Virus record (IMG/VR): IMGVR_UViG_3300030616_000032
Location: 1 to 51,358 of that record
Length of the DNA stretch: 51,358 nucleotides
Source: a virus
Taxonomy: Duplodnaviria > Caudoviricetes
Direction: 5' to 3' (one strand)
The number at the start of each line of letters is the position of its first letter. Positions within the stretch are counted from its first letter, which is position 1. The translations under genes were made by a program, and so were the position numbers. Shown here piece by piece: positions 28,020 to 38,378 of the stretch. The notes beneath the pieces were generated by a model, which did not search any database, had not been told where the DNA came from, and saw only the letters and a program-made list of their open reading frames with translations.

Positions 28020-28552
28020 AGTCCGCGCCTTCCCATGTGTCCCAATTTTATCGCCTCATCCAGCGACAATTCACACGCATAAAACTTTATCAACGCCAGC
28101 GAACAGTCACCGAAGTTGGTTGTCTCCACTCCGAAGTTCACGGCGTTCGCATTGATGCCAGTCGCACTGGCCACAACTACATGCTGCCAATAGTCGGCAA
28201 TCAGCGCAGAAGACAATGCGCCGTCTACATACACAGTCGGCGAAGTCCAGCCGGTCGTGCCGATTGTGCCAGCCGTCACATCAACATCTATCCCTGAAGC
28301 AAGCTCCATGAACTGCTCAGTCGTCGTGTCGGGGTTGACAAAGAAGGAAACCGATTTGATTCCATTGTAGACATCGCCGACTGCGATCTTATCGTCAGTG
28401 CCGTCGAAGTCCGCTGCCTGAGAACCCCAAGGCGTTGTGGAGTAGGATTCCCCGGTCCAAGTCCCATCATTGCCACGAATAAGCCCATCGGCATTTCCAT
28501 TGAGGTTCCACTGCTCGATTCTGAATTGTGGGGATGTCAATCTGTAACTCAT
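28016..28552 (-). CDS. LamG/ConA-like domain protein
   Basis: FDGTDDKI, WQHVV motifs. Confidence 0.7.
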   Translation of the reverse strand: MSYRLTSPQFRIEQWNLNGNADGLIRGNDGTWTGESYSTTPWGSQAADFDGTDDKIAVGDVYNGIKSVSFFVNPDTTTEQFMELASGIDVDVTAGTIGTTGWTSPTVYVDGALSSALIADYWQHVVVASATGINANAVNFGVETTNFGDCSLALIKFYACELSLDEAIKLGHMGRRGL

Positions 28553-29271
28553 AGCAAACGCCCAGTTCTGGTCAAGTGCATGACGTCCTTCACCTGCGTC
28601 TCTGTCAGAGCAGATGAAAAGATCATGGGGGAGTCGATGCAGCCAGCAAAACGACTAATCGTTGAACCATCGTTGTTATACGCTCCAACAAACATGTTGC
28701 TTTCCGAAGTAAACTCCGAAAAAACAACAGAACTCGTATCGCCCGGATACGAGGGATTATTTGGTGCGAGTTCGTCATCAAGGTATATCTTCAGCCCACC
28801 ATTTCCGGCAATCGAACTATCTGCAACACAACAAATAAAACGATAAGGATTAGCCCCATTTGCCAGCGAATTCGAAGTTGTATATGTTGCGTCGTTGCCT
28901 TCCGAATTATATCCAAAAACAATATGCCCGGTAGTAGCGATATACGCAAACACCCAACTATCATCACCAACAGAATCCCTTGACCCAAAAATCCTTTCCG
29001 TCGCAGCTGGCTGCCCATCGTCTGCTCTAAAGAAACACGCTATTGAAAAGCTCCCACGAAACACTGACTGAAACGGAGAGTTGAAATCTGTATGCTCGTC
29101 TGAGCCATTATAGCGCGTTGCCTTCCCGCCACCCACGCCCTGCACGATATTCGTCGAGTCAAGCCCTGAGCCGGTGCCGTTGTTAGAGCCGTAAGTATTC
29201 GGCGCCAGATTCACCGGATTGATGGTTGACATGTCGTATGCGGCAACGAGTGAGGAAAGATAATCTGACAT
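28549..29271 (-). CDS. LamG/ConA-like domain protein
   Basis: FSIACFF, KIYLD, FAGCID...FSSALT motifs. Confidence 0.75.
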   Translation of the reverse strand: MSDYLSSLVAAYDMSTINPVNLAPNTYGSNNGTGSGLDSTNIVQGVGGGKATRYNGSDEHTDFNSPFQSVFRGSFSIACFFRADDGQPAATERIFGSRDSVGDDSWVFAYIATTGHIVFGYNSEGNDATYTTSNSLANGANPYRFICCVADSSIAGNGGLKIYLDDELAPNNPSYPGDTSSVVFSEFTSESNMFVGAYNNDGSTISRFAGCIDSPMIFSSALTETQVKDVMHLTRTGRLL

Positions 29272-30149
29272 TACGCTACCTCTCCAATGTAATTCATTGC
29301 CTGAACGTCCATCAATTCATCGAACCAATAATTGCGGCTAACCATAGTCTTCGCATGGCAAGCTCGGCATAGCGACATAAGATTAAACGGTTCCAGGTCT
29401 TCTTTGATATAGTTTATGTGGTGAATGTCTAATCTTCGTCCGTTCTCTTTTTCAGTCTTGCCACACATCTGACACTCATGGTTATCACGATCCCTTATTT
29501 GCCTTCTCAATTCAGGATCAAAATCTACAGGATATGGATGTCGAGAAACACCGCCTTGCCACAAAGGGGCACGGATTCCAACGAAATATCTCTGAGCTTT
29601 TTTTTTGCACTCGTGCTTGCCGCAAGTTATAAGCTTGCGACCCTGCGTGATAAGTATATTTGGCATTACGCTAATTGGCTTGTTGCATCCTATGCAGTTT
29701 ATTTTTAACCTATCGCCAGCCCACATATGATTATCGGCACCTCTCTTCCCGCCAAACCCCCGCTTCTTTGCGAGGTCGCGCATCGCCGTGCTTCGACACT
29801 CCGGCCTGCCGCAAAGCAGGTTCTTCATTAGAGAAATCTGGCTCTTGAACTTCTTGAACTCGCCTCCGCAAACAGAGCATATAGCAGTAATCTTGCCACC
29901 CTTCCAGTTCTGCCCGTTCTTGCCGTTATACCTGCCCTCCCTAAAGAGTCGCTTCGTAGCCAAGTTTGCTTTTTTGCGTTTTTCTGGAGTAATTATTGAA
30001 ACACCGTAGGGCTTGACCCCAACGCTCATCAGGGCTTTGGATATTGTCGGAGTCGAACACCCAAACTCTTTGGCCGTTTTTCTCAGGCTCTCCACCTTAC
30101 GATAAAAAGCAAGAACTTTATCGGTGTCCAGGAAAATCTTGTTAGGCAA
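29271..30149 (-). CDS. HNH homing endonuclease
   Basis: NWKGG, RDNHECQMCG, LDIHHINY, NLMSLCRACHAK. Confidence 0.9.
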   Translation of the reverse strand: MPNKIFLDTDKVLAFYRKVESLRKTAKEFGCSTPTISKALMSVGVKPYGVSIITPEKRKKANLATKRLFREGRYNGKNGQNWKGGKITAICSVCGGEFKKFKSQISLMKNLLCGRPECRSTAMRDLAKKRGFGGKRGADNHMWAGDRLKINCIGCNKPISVMPNILITQGRKLITCGKHECKKKAQRYFVGIRAPLWQGGVSRHPYPVDFDPELRRQIRDRDNHECQMCGKTEKENGRRLDIHHINYIKEDLEPFNLMSLCRACHAKTMVSRNYWFDELMDVQAMNYIGEVA

Positions 30150-30167
30150 AAATCAAACCTTTCATTC

Positions 30168-30869
30168 TCAAAAAACAGACAAGCTAGCGAGGTTGCTGAT
30201 CTCAGTTGCGGTCAGGACTCGCTTAAATATCAATAGATTTCTAAGCGCAATAGATGGCGCACCCGACTCAATGCTTTTGTTTCCCCAACACCCTATAGTC
30301 AGGTCTTGATTATTTGTTAGAGTCAACGGATCATCAACACCGTCTGTCTCTCCTGCATATTGGTCAACATAAAATGTAGCATCCCCATCTCTATCACACG
30401 TTACCGCAACAAAGTGCCAATTCATATCAAACAACAAAGAAATCCGATTTGTTGTTAATCCCGTGTATGTATCGTTTACCTGGCTGCCATCGTTTATCCT
30501 TAAGTGTAAACCGTTGGCGCCCACAAGAACAAGCCGGCTCAATAGAAATGCCCATCCAACATTTGTTCCATTAGAGGATGCTTTATCACAAACCAAGATA
30601 GGATCGTCTGCAATATCAGCATTGGTAGTTCTTACCCATAATGCAACACTGAAATCTTCTGTACCAATCAAGTCACCCCTGTACGTCGCATCATCAGCGG
30701 CTACATAATCAGGAGTATCTATATCCAAACTCAACGCCTTCCCAAACGGACTATTCACAGGAGTCGGATTACCGTTGACCGTGTACCGCCTCCGCAGATC
30801 GTTCAGGTCCGATAGGGACTCAGCGAGCACGCAATCTTTGTCCTGAAGAAACCGGCGCATTTCGCTCAT
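30168..30869 (-). CDS. LamG/ConA-like domain protein
   Basis: DFSVALWV, WHFVAVT, LTIG, IFKRVLTATEI. Confidence 0.8.
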   Translation of the reverse strand: MSEMRRFLQDKDCVLAESLSDLNDLRRRYTVNGNPTPVNSPFGKALSLDIDTPDYVAADDATYRGDLIGTEDFSVALWVRTTNADIADDPILVCDKASSNGTNVGWAFLLSRLVLVGANGLHLRINDGSQVNDTYTGLTTNRISLLFDMNWHFVAVTCDRDGDATFYVDQYAGETDGVDDPLTLTNNQDLTIGCWGNKSIESGAPSIALRNLLIFKRVLTATEISNLASLSVF

Positions 30870-30870
30870 C

Positions 30871-31242
30871 CTACAGCTCCGCTACCACCGCAGTCTTGGC
30901 AACAAGATCAGTCCACGTCGTCACGCCAGCCTCGGCTTTCTTGCCGGCCAGGTACTTGGCTGAGTCGAGATGAGCCTTCACCTTGTCCAGCTCGGCAACG
31001 TAAGCAGTCTGCGTGCCTGCAACAGGCACCGCAGCCATAGCCTTTGTCTCAGCTTCTATCTCATCATACAGCGCAGAGATGGCTCCCCAGGCATTCAGTC
31101 CTTTGAGTACCTTGCTGCATACAACAATCTTATCCTTCTCACCGGCTTCGACTTCTGCTATAATGTCAGCAGCACATGCCGTCGTATCAATAGCATCGGG
31201 CTCGGCAGCATCCTCTTTTGCTCTCGGGTAAATATAATCCAT
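30871..31242 (-). CDS. Hypothetical protein (123 aa)
   Basis: GGAGG RBS. Confidence 0.65.
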   Translation of the reverse strand: MDYIYPRAKEDAAEPDAIDTTACAADIIAEVEAGEKDKIVVCSKVLKGLNAWGAISALYDEIEAETKAMAAVPVAGTQTAYVAELDKVKAHLDSAKYLAGKKAEAGVTTWTDLVAKTAVVAEL

Positions 31243-31254
31243 ATTTTTGCCTCC

Positions 31255-32643
31255 TTAATTCGATCCACGGTACTGAAACGTAACTGTGGAATCCGTGTCA
31301 CCTGCTTCTGAAACAAAGACCGGCTTCTGGTACTTATACCCACCATCAATCGTCTGAATTATATAAGTTCCACTTCCCGTAAGCGTAACAATATTAGCCG
31401 CGTATGCAGCAGTAGCCACGGCAGTTGACTTCAACCCCAAAGTGCCATAACCAGTATTCAGTGTTCCGTCTATTCTAACGACTACTTCGGTACAAGTGTT
31501 AAGCACTACGGTTACAGCCCATGTATGGCAACGAAAACCATCAGTATTCACAGGAATGCCGTCACCGGGAGCGGTAAGAGTTGTCTGGGCAGCAGGAGCG
31601 GACGGCACCCCGCTCACCGCCGTCGGGTCGATTGCTGTCAGTGCGCCCTGTGCAGCATCGTAACCGGCAAGGATCAGCCTGCGATACAAGTCCGTCCAGA
31701 ATGCGCCTATCTTTCCTGCCGTCAGCGCTGTTGGTACTGCATCGGAAGCATAGCCTCCTATCTGCATGGCATTTGTTGGCGCAGTGCCACCATCTGCCGC
31801 TACAGCCGCTTCAATAGTCTCAGTCGCCCCTTCTATTTCAGAAGCTGCAGTGCCTATGAATTCCAACTGGCCGTGAATGTTTCCATCAACATCAGCGGCA
31901 GAGCCAATTGCCCCGAATTGCGTATCGTCCGTTGCCAGAGTCACTGCTTGGGCTGAGGCCATCGCGCCGGTGCCAACAGCAAGCAGCGTTTCAAGCGCGG
32001 CCAAGTCGGTCGCACAGTTTCCCGTATCAGCATCAATCGTACCCAACAGAGCATTGCCAGCCGTGACCAAGGCTTCAAGCGCATCGAGATTCGCCTCTAC
32101 GCTTACGCCGTCCATTGTGATCTCGGTATTGTCTTCCGTGTACCGGCAAGGAACGATATTGACTGAATCGACCTTGATATCTTCGAGTGCGTCATCCTCT
32201 CCGTCAAAGGTCACGCCGATCTGCATGTACGTGATATTCAACGGGTCCCAGCCCGTGCCGTTAATCGCAGACGGTTGGCCTATCGTCGCCGTGCATAGCG
32301 TCCATCCCGTCTCCAGACTCGTATCGCTGACAGTCCACTGGACGTTGTTCGACGCGCTTGAGCCGAGCTTGACAAAGCAATTAGCCACGTCGGTCAGTGC
32401 GCTGAGATAAATCGCCCACTGTATCTTGTCGTGGAGCTGTATGCCCTCTGCTTCGAGATTGAGCGATACAGTCCGGTACGCACCGGCAATTTTGGTTTCC
32501 GCAGTCGCATCCGCCTTGTCGAACTCAAGCGAATACTTGCCGGTTATCCGCAGCCCACTCGCTGCAAGATTCTCCGTTTCGTCACCGAGGATGGTCCACA
32601 GAGTGTAATCGTCCATCCTGTCAATCGGTTTGATGCTATACAT
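31255..32643 (-). CDS. Putative head/tail fibre-like structural protein
   Basis: 462 aa, beta-rich N-domain, Ala/Thr-rich stalk. Confidence 0.5.
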   Translation of the reverse strand: MYSIKPIDRMDDYTLWTILGDETENLAASGLRITGKYSLEFDKADATAETKIAGAYRTVSLNLEAEGIQLHDKIQWAIYLSALTDVANCFVKLGSSASNNVQWTVSDTSLETGWTLCTATIGQPSAINGTGWDPLNITYMQIGVTFDGEDDALEDIKVDSVNIVPCRYTEDNTEITMDGVSVEANLDALEALVTAGNALLGTIDADTGNCATDLAALETLLAVGTGAMASAQAVTLATDDTQFGAIGSAADVDGNIHGQLEFIGTAASEIEGATETIEAAVAADGGTAPTNAMQIGGYASDAVPTALTAGKIGAFWTDLYRRLILAGYDAAQGALTAIDPTAVSGVPSAPAAQTTLTAPGDGIPVNTDGFRCHTWAVTVVLNTCTEVVVRIDGTLNTGYGTLGLKSTAVATAAYAANIVTLTGSGTYIIQTIDGGYKYQKPVFVSEAGDTDSTVTFQYRGSN

Positions 32644-32646
32644 TTT

Positions 32647-34539
32647 TTATCCTCCAAATGCGGGCGAACTCGCGCCCGGCTGACCGGACGTGCTCATTTT
32701 CGCCAAACTCTGCATCATCACATTATTATTTCCGTTGGGAGTCGTTCCCGGACGGCTGATTCGTTCGTTTACCGTATGGCTGGTCTTCAGCCGTGGCGGT
32801 GCCTGCACCTGTCCGGCAATCTGCTGTTTCATCGCCGGATCCATTTCCTTGAGCAGGATATCATACGGCACATTCAACTGCTTGCAGATATACCGCACGG
32901 TCTCTGCCGCATTCGGCATCTGACCGGCCTGCATCAGCGTCTCGGCATTCGGCAGTATCATGTTGTGCCATAATTCCATCACGCCCTGCGCTTTTTCCTG
33001 CGGTGTGCGGTCAACCAGAGAATGCGGGTCCAGCGTAAAGTTGTAATCGAGGAAATCGCCCTCTCGTTCCTCTGGTGTGAAGTGCCATTCAATCGGAATG
33101 TCATGTTCGCCGGGTACACTCGTCCAGCCCTTGAAATCCCGTATATCTTCCACCCACGTCCACCAGGCATGTTTACGCAGAACGCTCTTGGCAGTCCGCA
33201 TCAGTCCAAGCTGCAGAAACCGTATCAGGCCACTTGCCGTATCGTGGATCAGCTTGTCACCACGGAACGTCTCGGCGCTTGGGCCCAGACCGCCAAGGGA
33301 CTGCAGGTTCCCGCCTTCAGTATCGGTAGTCTGCAGGGACCAGATCAGCGCCTGCATCATCAGCGGATCAGCCCCGCCGTACTTCATGTCTTTCATCTGC
33401 GCCAATGAGCCACGCGGGACGATCACCACCCCGCCGTCACTGGATTCGCGGATGATAGCCGCAGCCTTTTCAGCGCCCTGCTCGGCAACCAGCACTTCTT
33501 TCTGCCTGTTGGCCTGCCTGCCGACCTTACGCATCAGCTCGTTCGCGTACATGTGCAGCTCAAACAGACTTGCCGCGGGAGGAATCGGCAACGGATAGCC
33601 GGGCGTGAAATACCAGCCGAGCATATCATACGGTCCGCCTTCAGGGCCATCCCATTCCCATACGGCAATCGGCTCGTCCGCGCCGTCGGCAATCGTGACC
33701 ATCGTGTTTTCTTTCGGCAGGTACATGTCCCAGACCCAGACGTTATCGTATATCCGTGCGCGTTCATCGCCTTCCTGGGTGCCGCTCATGGACGGTTCGG
33801 GCATCATCTGGCTCTGCATCCGGTCGTCTATAGTCGCCACCGGTTCGCCGCTCTTGGCTTTTCTCATCATCTCCTCGACCCATTTCTTGGGTCGCAGATA
33901 CCGGTCGCCTATCATGTCCACCTTGTCGTATGACTTGGCGCTCATGTCGATCATCAGATCATCAATGAATATCGTGTCCGAGAACGGTCTACCCGGATCG
34001 ATCAGTTCTCCGTCTGCCTCAAACACTTCGGGGGCGCCAACGCCCAAGCCGGTCTTGAAAACCCCTGCCGAGAACATGGCGTCCAACGTTCCTCTCGCAA
34101 ACACATCACCAAGCAGTATCTCCGACAAGTGCCGGTTCACGGCCAGCTCGAATTGAAAAGCGAACGGGCGAAGATTCGGGTATGGTGTTTCTATGCTGAC
34201 GCGAGGTTCGCCGGTTGCCATGTTCTGCAGCCATATACGAATAGCGTCCTGCAGTTTGTTAATGATCACCGGCTGCCCCTTGGGTGCGCCGTCCTCAACC
34301 ACAAGGTGTCCCGCGTACTGTCGCCGTATCTCGGCGCTGGCTCTCCGCAGCTTCGCCATGCGCTCGTAGTTATACACCGAGGCTTCGTTCAGGCATTGTA
34401 TCTGCCTTTTCGTCATACTGCCGTTGTCAAGGAAGAACTCAGGTGTCGCCGGTGCAACCTGCAGCTTCTGATCCTTGCGCTTGTTCCACCACTGCCTGAG
34501 TGAATTCAGTACACTGAAATGGCTATCAAGGAAGCCCAT
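32647..34539 (-). CDS. Portal protein
   Basis: ~630 aa immediately after terminase (TGATG coupling), Gln/Met/Pro-rich tail. Confidence 0.75.
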   Translation of the reverse strand: MGFLDSHFSVLNSLRQWWNKRKDQKLQVAPATPEFFLDNGSMTKRQIQCLNEASVYNYERMAKLRRASAEIRRQYAGHLVVEDGAPKGQPVIINKLQDAIRIWLQNMATGEPRVSIETPYPNLRPFAFQFELAVNRHLSEILLGDVFARGTLDAMFSAGVFKTGLGVGAPEVFEADGELIDPGRPFSDTIFIDDLMIDMSAKSYDKVDMIGDRYLRPKKWVEEMMRKAKSGEPVATIDDRMQSQMMPEPSMSGTQEGDERARIYDNVWVWDMYLPKENTMVTIADGADEPIAVWEWDGPEGGPYDMLGWYFTPGYPLPIPPAASLFELHMYANELMRKVGRQANRQKEVLVAEQGAEKAAAIIRESSDGGVVIVPRGSLAQMKDMKYGGADPLMMQALIWSLQTTDTEGGNLQSLGGLGPSAETFRGDKLIHDTASGLIRFLQLGLMRTAKSVLRKHAWWTWVEDIRDFKGWTSVPGEHDIPIEWHFTPEEREGDFLDYNFTLDPHSLVDRTPQEKAQGVMELWHNMILPNAETLMQAGQMPNAAETVRYICKQLNVPYDILLKEMDPAMKQQIAGQVQAPPRLKTSHTVNERISRPGTTPNGNNNVMMQSLAKMSTSGQPGASSPAFGG

Positions 34540-36533
34540 CAATACCACCTTTCGCCAACTGCTGCGGCAGCCATCTCATGTTCTTGTATCCTGCGGGCCA
34601 GCGTCCCCGGCTCTGGTTCTCTCCAGACAGGCATCGGTTCGGGCCGTTCACGCATGGCCCTGACAAGAATAACCTCGGAGGTCGTGACATCGCCATGCTG
34701 ATCACCGGCATCGGCCATGTTGTCCGTGGTTCTGCTGACCTGGTGGACAACTCCGCCCCTGCCGTCATGGACAAACTGTTCTGCCTGTTGGTATGCCTCG
34801 GCGCTTGGCGTGAAGAACTCTCCATGAAACAGCGCGTCACGATAGTCCGTGAACAGCTCTTTCTTGATACCACGGTTACTCGGTATGCCGGGTCGTCTTC
34901 CAGGCTTGGGGTCTTGCTCGTCACGAGACTTGTAGTACAGGACATCGATTTCGCCGTGTTCCAATACCTTCGTGCCGAACGGTCCGCCCGGACCGGCCTG
35001 ATCCCATGCCATGAACGACGCACCCATGTCGGTTGAAAACCACCTATACACAGCAACGCAGAGCCGTGAGAAGTCCTCCGGAGTGATACCGTTTGACCGG
35101 TACTCCATCACCTTTTCCTTGGTCGTGTCATCGCCGATGCTGAGAGACGAATCAGATGCTCCGCCGTTACCTGTGGCCACGTCCACGCCCATCGTGTACG
35201 TCGTATTCTGCGGCACCATACCGTTGACCAGCTTGAACCACAGCTTCAGCTTGTCGTTCCGTACATCCCGGTCGGTAAACCGCAGAGTCTCGGTTTCCGT
35301 GTGCAGGAAACGATCGGGGATGAAATCCAAGATATCCCCCACATGATTCGGCTGACGGGCATTCCTTGACCGTGCATCGGCCAGCTTGTCTGCCCTGAAG
35401 AACGGGCTGCCGCTGCCGAGGTATGAAATCTGTATTTCCTGCGAAACGTCCTGAAATGAGTCGGCTGATCGTTCCTCGCCGTCAAACCACGGGCTTCTCA
35501 GGAACTCCCACGGTGCGCCCGGATCTGAATGTGTGGGCGTAGTTACGATTTTGTAATCCGGATGCTTATCATGCCATTCCTTGTCCAGCAGTTCAACCTT
35601 GCCGCCCTTTATCGAGTACATGCCCTCTGATTTCTCGGGATGCAGCGACCAGTGAAGGGTCATCCAGTCGATACCGCCTTTCGTCTTCGCCGTGTGGAAG
35701 CTGTTGCCCACTCCGTTTGGCGTCGATACGCGGACCTGCATACGTGTCGTCTGGTTGAGGGATCGCGTGATCTCCGTGCCGTATGTGGCAGCGGCTTCCT
35801 CATCGCGGAAGGCCACGAAGTTACGGCCTCCTCGACCGGCCTGTTTGCCCGATGCCTCGCCCCGTATCTGGTTGCCCTGGCGGAGATTGATAACCTTCAT
35901 GGCAGGCCGACCGTGTTGCGCGTCGTGTTCGCAGCCCCGGACAGCCAGCGAGGGCGGCATTCTCGACTCGATGAAGTCCAGCTTCTGGAACAGCGCATCT
36001 TCATCGTCTGAGTTATCGACTCGTTCCTGCTTGGCCGATACGCAGCGCATCTGCCGGTTCTCGTTGAATCGCCAGATCCAGTCCAGGAAATACAGTACGC
36101 AGTAGGTGATACCCATATCACGCGACTTGTCGATCCCGACGTCCCACCGCCGATACCGGTTGTGGGGTTTCAGCGATTCCGCCGCATTGTATGCCAGCAG
36201 CATCAGAAGGATATCCTGGTAGTCATACGTGATAAACGGCTGAATTGCCCGGTCTTTGCGCGTATCGAGAGTGTAGCAGAATGTGTTGACGTAGAATCGA
36301 ATATCGTTCCGGCAGGACGCATGTATGCACCGCCGGGCAGCGGCATCCTCTCTGATCTGACGCCATATGAATGCCCGCCAGAGCAGATTCTCATCAGGTT
36401 GCTTCGGGACGTCCGAAAACGTCAGGCAGTTGTCCGGCGAATAGGCGTTTTGCTTGTCCCAATACGCCAGAAAACCGTTCTCGCAAAGCCGAAGGCATCC
36501 CTGTTGCGATAAATGCTCGATCGTCGTCGTCAC
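34539..36533 (-). CDS. terL: Terminase large subunit
   Basis: DKSRDMGIT Walker A variant, AFRDE Walker B, VSTPNG, MGVDVATG RNase H-like nuclease. Confidence 0.9.
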   Translation of the reverse strand: MTTTIEHLSQQGCLRLCENGFLAYWDKQNAYSPDNCLTFSDVPKQPDENLLWRAFIWRQIREDAAARRCIHASCRNDIRFYVNTFCYTLDTRKDRAIQPFITYDYQDILLMLLAYNAAESLKPHNRYRRWDVGIDKSRDMGITYCVLYFLDWIWRFNENRQMRCVSAKQERVDNSDDEDALFQKLDFIESRMPPSLAVRGCEHDAQHGRPAMKVINLRQGNQIRGEASGKQAGRGGRNFVAFRDEEAAATYGTEITRSLNQTTRMQVRVSTPNGVGNSFHTAKTKGGIDWMTLHWSLHPEKSEGMYSIKGGKVELLDKEWHDKHPDYKIVTTPTHSDPGAPWEFLRSPWFDGEERSADSFQDVSQEIQISYLGSGSPFFRADKLADARSRNARQPNHVGDILDFIPDRFLHTETETLRFTDRDVRNDKLKLWFKLVNGMVPQNTTYTMGVDVATGNGGASDSSLSIGDDTTKEKVMEYRSNGITPEDFSRLCVAVYRWFSTDMGASFMAWDQAGPGGPFGTKVLEHGEIDVLYYKSRDEQDPKPGRRPGIPSNRGIKKELFTDYRDALFHGEFFTPSAEAYQQAEQFVHDGRGGVVHQVSRTTDNMADAGDQHGDVTTSEVILVRAMRERPEPMPVWREPEPGTLARRIQEHEMAAAAVGERWY

Positions 36534-36918
36534 TCACGTCTCCACCAAACAGGTCTTTGGCTATCTTGTCCTGCAGGCTCTTCCAAGCCGGATCGCTGTT
36601 CCGCGCACCAACCAGCAATGACCATGCGAAAGCGCTTGGAGCGTCTGCCTTGGTCAGCGAACTGGGATCGTCACCGTAGTGCTCAAACGCCCAGTACCAG
36701 TCCTCGCGCACCGGCGCATGGGCCTTCATCTCGCTACTCGCAGCCTCCCAGTCCTCAACGATCTTGTCTGACGCCCATTCCTCAGCCTCAGCCTCAGACA
36801 TACCGCTATTGATGGAATGCTTACGATATTCCCCGAACGCCTTGACCAGGCTGTTTTCGCCGAGCCATACCCGACGGCTTTCTACGTGTTTCAAATCGCC
36901 CCACGGGTATGCTGGCAT
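36394..36918 (-). CDS. Putative terminase small subunit
   Basis: First gene after late promoter, upstream of terL. Confidence 0.45.
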   Translation of the reverse strand: MPAYPWGDLKHVESRRVWLGENSLVKAFGEYRKHSINSGMSEAEAEEWASDKIVEDWEAASSEMKAHAPVREDWYWAFEHYGDDPSSLTKADAPSAFAWSLLVGARNSDPAWKSLQDKIAKDLFGGDVSDDDDRAFIATGMPSALRERFSGVLGQAKRLFAGQLPDVFGRPEAT

Positions 36919-36929
36919 GTGTCTCGCTT

Positions 36930-36956
36930 AGTGTCTCAAGTGTCTCAAGTGTCTCA
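36930..36956. repeat. Three tandem AGTGTCTCA 9-mers
   Basis: Exact copies at 36930, 36939, 36948. Confidence 0.9.
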
Positions 36957-36968
36957 GTCTACGCAGAC

Positions 36969-36997
36969 AGTGTGGCAGATAAGTAACGGTTTGTCAA
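36969..36997 (-). promoter_or_regulatory. Sigma70-type promoter for packaging/structural operon
   Basis: TTGACA-17 nt-CACACT, A-tract upstream. Confidence 0.65.
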
Positions 36998-37129
36998 ATG
37001 TTTTTTTGACGTTACCGTGTTGTAGCGTGAATTATTGGAAGTGTGTTGTTATGGTAACATAGGATTGTACGGTGAATTTGTGGTTAAATGGTAATCGCAA
37101 AAAAAGTGAAAAAAATCAGTCGATGGCGA

Positions 37130-37333
37130 TTATTTGTAGAGCTCTGGACGCATAAGGCGATGCGTCCTTTTTATGAGATAATCCAACTTGACCTCGATGC
37201 CCTTGCCGGACATCAATCGCTCTTTCAGGTATGCTCTGGTATGGTTTGGGTGCATACGACAGGCAAGGTCAAGCACTTCCTCGACGGTCATGTCGATAGG
37301 CGCGGTGCCTTGCGCGTATGTCTTGTCAGTCAC
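37130..37333 (-). CDS. Hypothetical protein (67 aa)
   Basis: Overlap-coupled ORF. Confidence 0.55.
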   Translation of the reverse strand: MTDKTYAQGTAPIDMTVEEVLDLACRMHPNHTRAYLKERLMSGKGIEVKLDYLIKRTHRLMRPELYK

Positions 37334-37700
37334 GGTCTATTTTGTGACCGCATTCTGGGCAAAAGTTGTTCTGCGCCCAATGCAAATCATTTTTGACCCC
37401 CATATACCCTATATGCCGCTGAACTTCGCACTTCTCGCACTTCGGAGGCAACTCCACGTAGTCGTCGGTTCCAGAAACGTGGAGATCCTTCGGCTCCCAC
37501 ATCTTACATCTACCATCACCATCCAGCGGCGGAGCGCATCTATACGACTCTTGATATTTACATGTTCGACAACTAGGGTAATTGATCTCGTTGGCGATCC
37601 GCACCAAATCGCAGATCATGTGTGCTACGAGGGGGTCTTCTGTGTCTGCGTGCAACAATGCCTGCCATACAGTTCTCAGCGTTGATTTCTTTCCCATCAC
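37326..37700 (-). CDS. Cys-rich hypothetical protein
   Basis: CRTC, CEKC, NFCPECG motifs. Confidence 0.65.
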   Translation of the reverse strand: MMGKKSTLRTVWQALLHADTEDPLVAHMICDLVRIANEINYPSCRTCKYQESYRCAPPLDGDGRCKMWEPKDLHVSGTDDYVELPPKCEKCEVQRHIGYMGVKNDLHWAQNNFCPECGHKIDRD

Positions 37701-37831
37701 TTCCCCTTGTTCTTGAAGTATTCAACCGTCTTCAGACGCACCACGGCCTGATCGCGGCTCTTGTACGGCCCGCCAAGGTTCTTGCCCTTATGGCTGACCA
37801 CGTAATACCCGTCCTTGCGCTTGACGATCAT
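37697..37831 (-). CDS. Small basic phage protein (44 aa, MIVKRKDGYYVVSHKGKNLGGPY...VEYFK)
   Basis: Hand translation; AGGAG RBS; TGATG coupling. Confidence 0.7.
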   Translation of the reverse strand: MIVKRKDGYYVVSHKGKNLGGPYKSRDQAVVRLKTVEYFKNKGK

Positions 37832-37836
37832 AACGG

Positions 37837-38175
37837 CTACTCCTTCTCAACTCGCACCATAGAGATACAGCTCAATGCCTTATATATATTTGACTCAATA
37901 TACCGCATAGCATCTCCTTCTTCCATTTCGTCCATGCGGTTCAAGTCGGGTATATTCATCAACATTGTGCCGGTAATGCTTTGTTGTGGGGGCATACCCA
38001 GTTTTTCTGCATAAACCCGCAGCGGAAGTTTGATGATCACATGAATGTCCCCACGATCTCTCTCTTCGCGGTCTCTCGGGTAAAGGACGTTCCAAACCAG
38101 AAACGGCCCTATGGTCAGCTTGTTGAGAATGGCGCCAACTTCATGCCCAACGCGATCCTTTGTCCACTTCATCAC
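37837..38175 (-). CDS. Hypothetical protein
   Basis: GGAGG RBS in boundary repeat. Confidence 0.6.
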   Translation of the reverse strand: MMKWTKDRVGHEVGAILNKLTIGPFLVWNVLYPRDREERDRGDIHVIIKLPLRVYAEKLGMPPQQSITGTMLMNIPDLNRMDEMEEGDAMRYIESNIYKALSCISMVRVEKE

Positions 38176-38378
38176 AGCTCCTCCTTCGTCCCCAACAGCG
38201 TGTCAATCCAGCACTCGTAGCAGATATTGATGCCGTCCTCCTTTGATGCGTCTTCGTGGTGTTTTCCCCATTGCTTTTTCATGAACTCATCGGAATCCCT
38301 CGCCACTATACTGACGCCAATGACGCTTGCTCCGTGTTCATCCGTCATTTCCTTGCCGCATTTATAGCACTTCATCAC
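38172..38378 (-). CDS. Small zinc-finger protein
   Basis: CYKC...CYEC. Confidence 0.65.
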   Translation of the reverse strand: MMKCYKCGKEMTDEHGASVIGVSIVARDSDEFMKKQWGKHHEDASKEDGINICYECWIDTLLGTKEEL

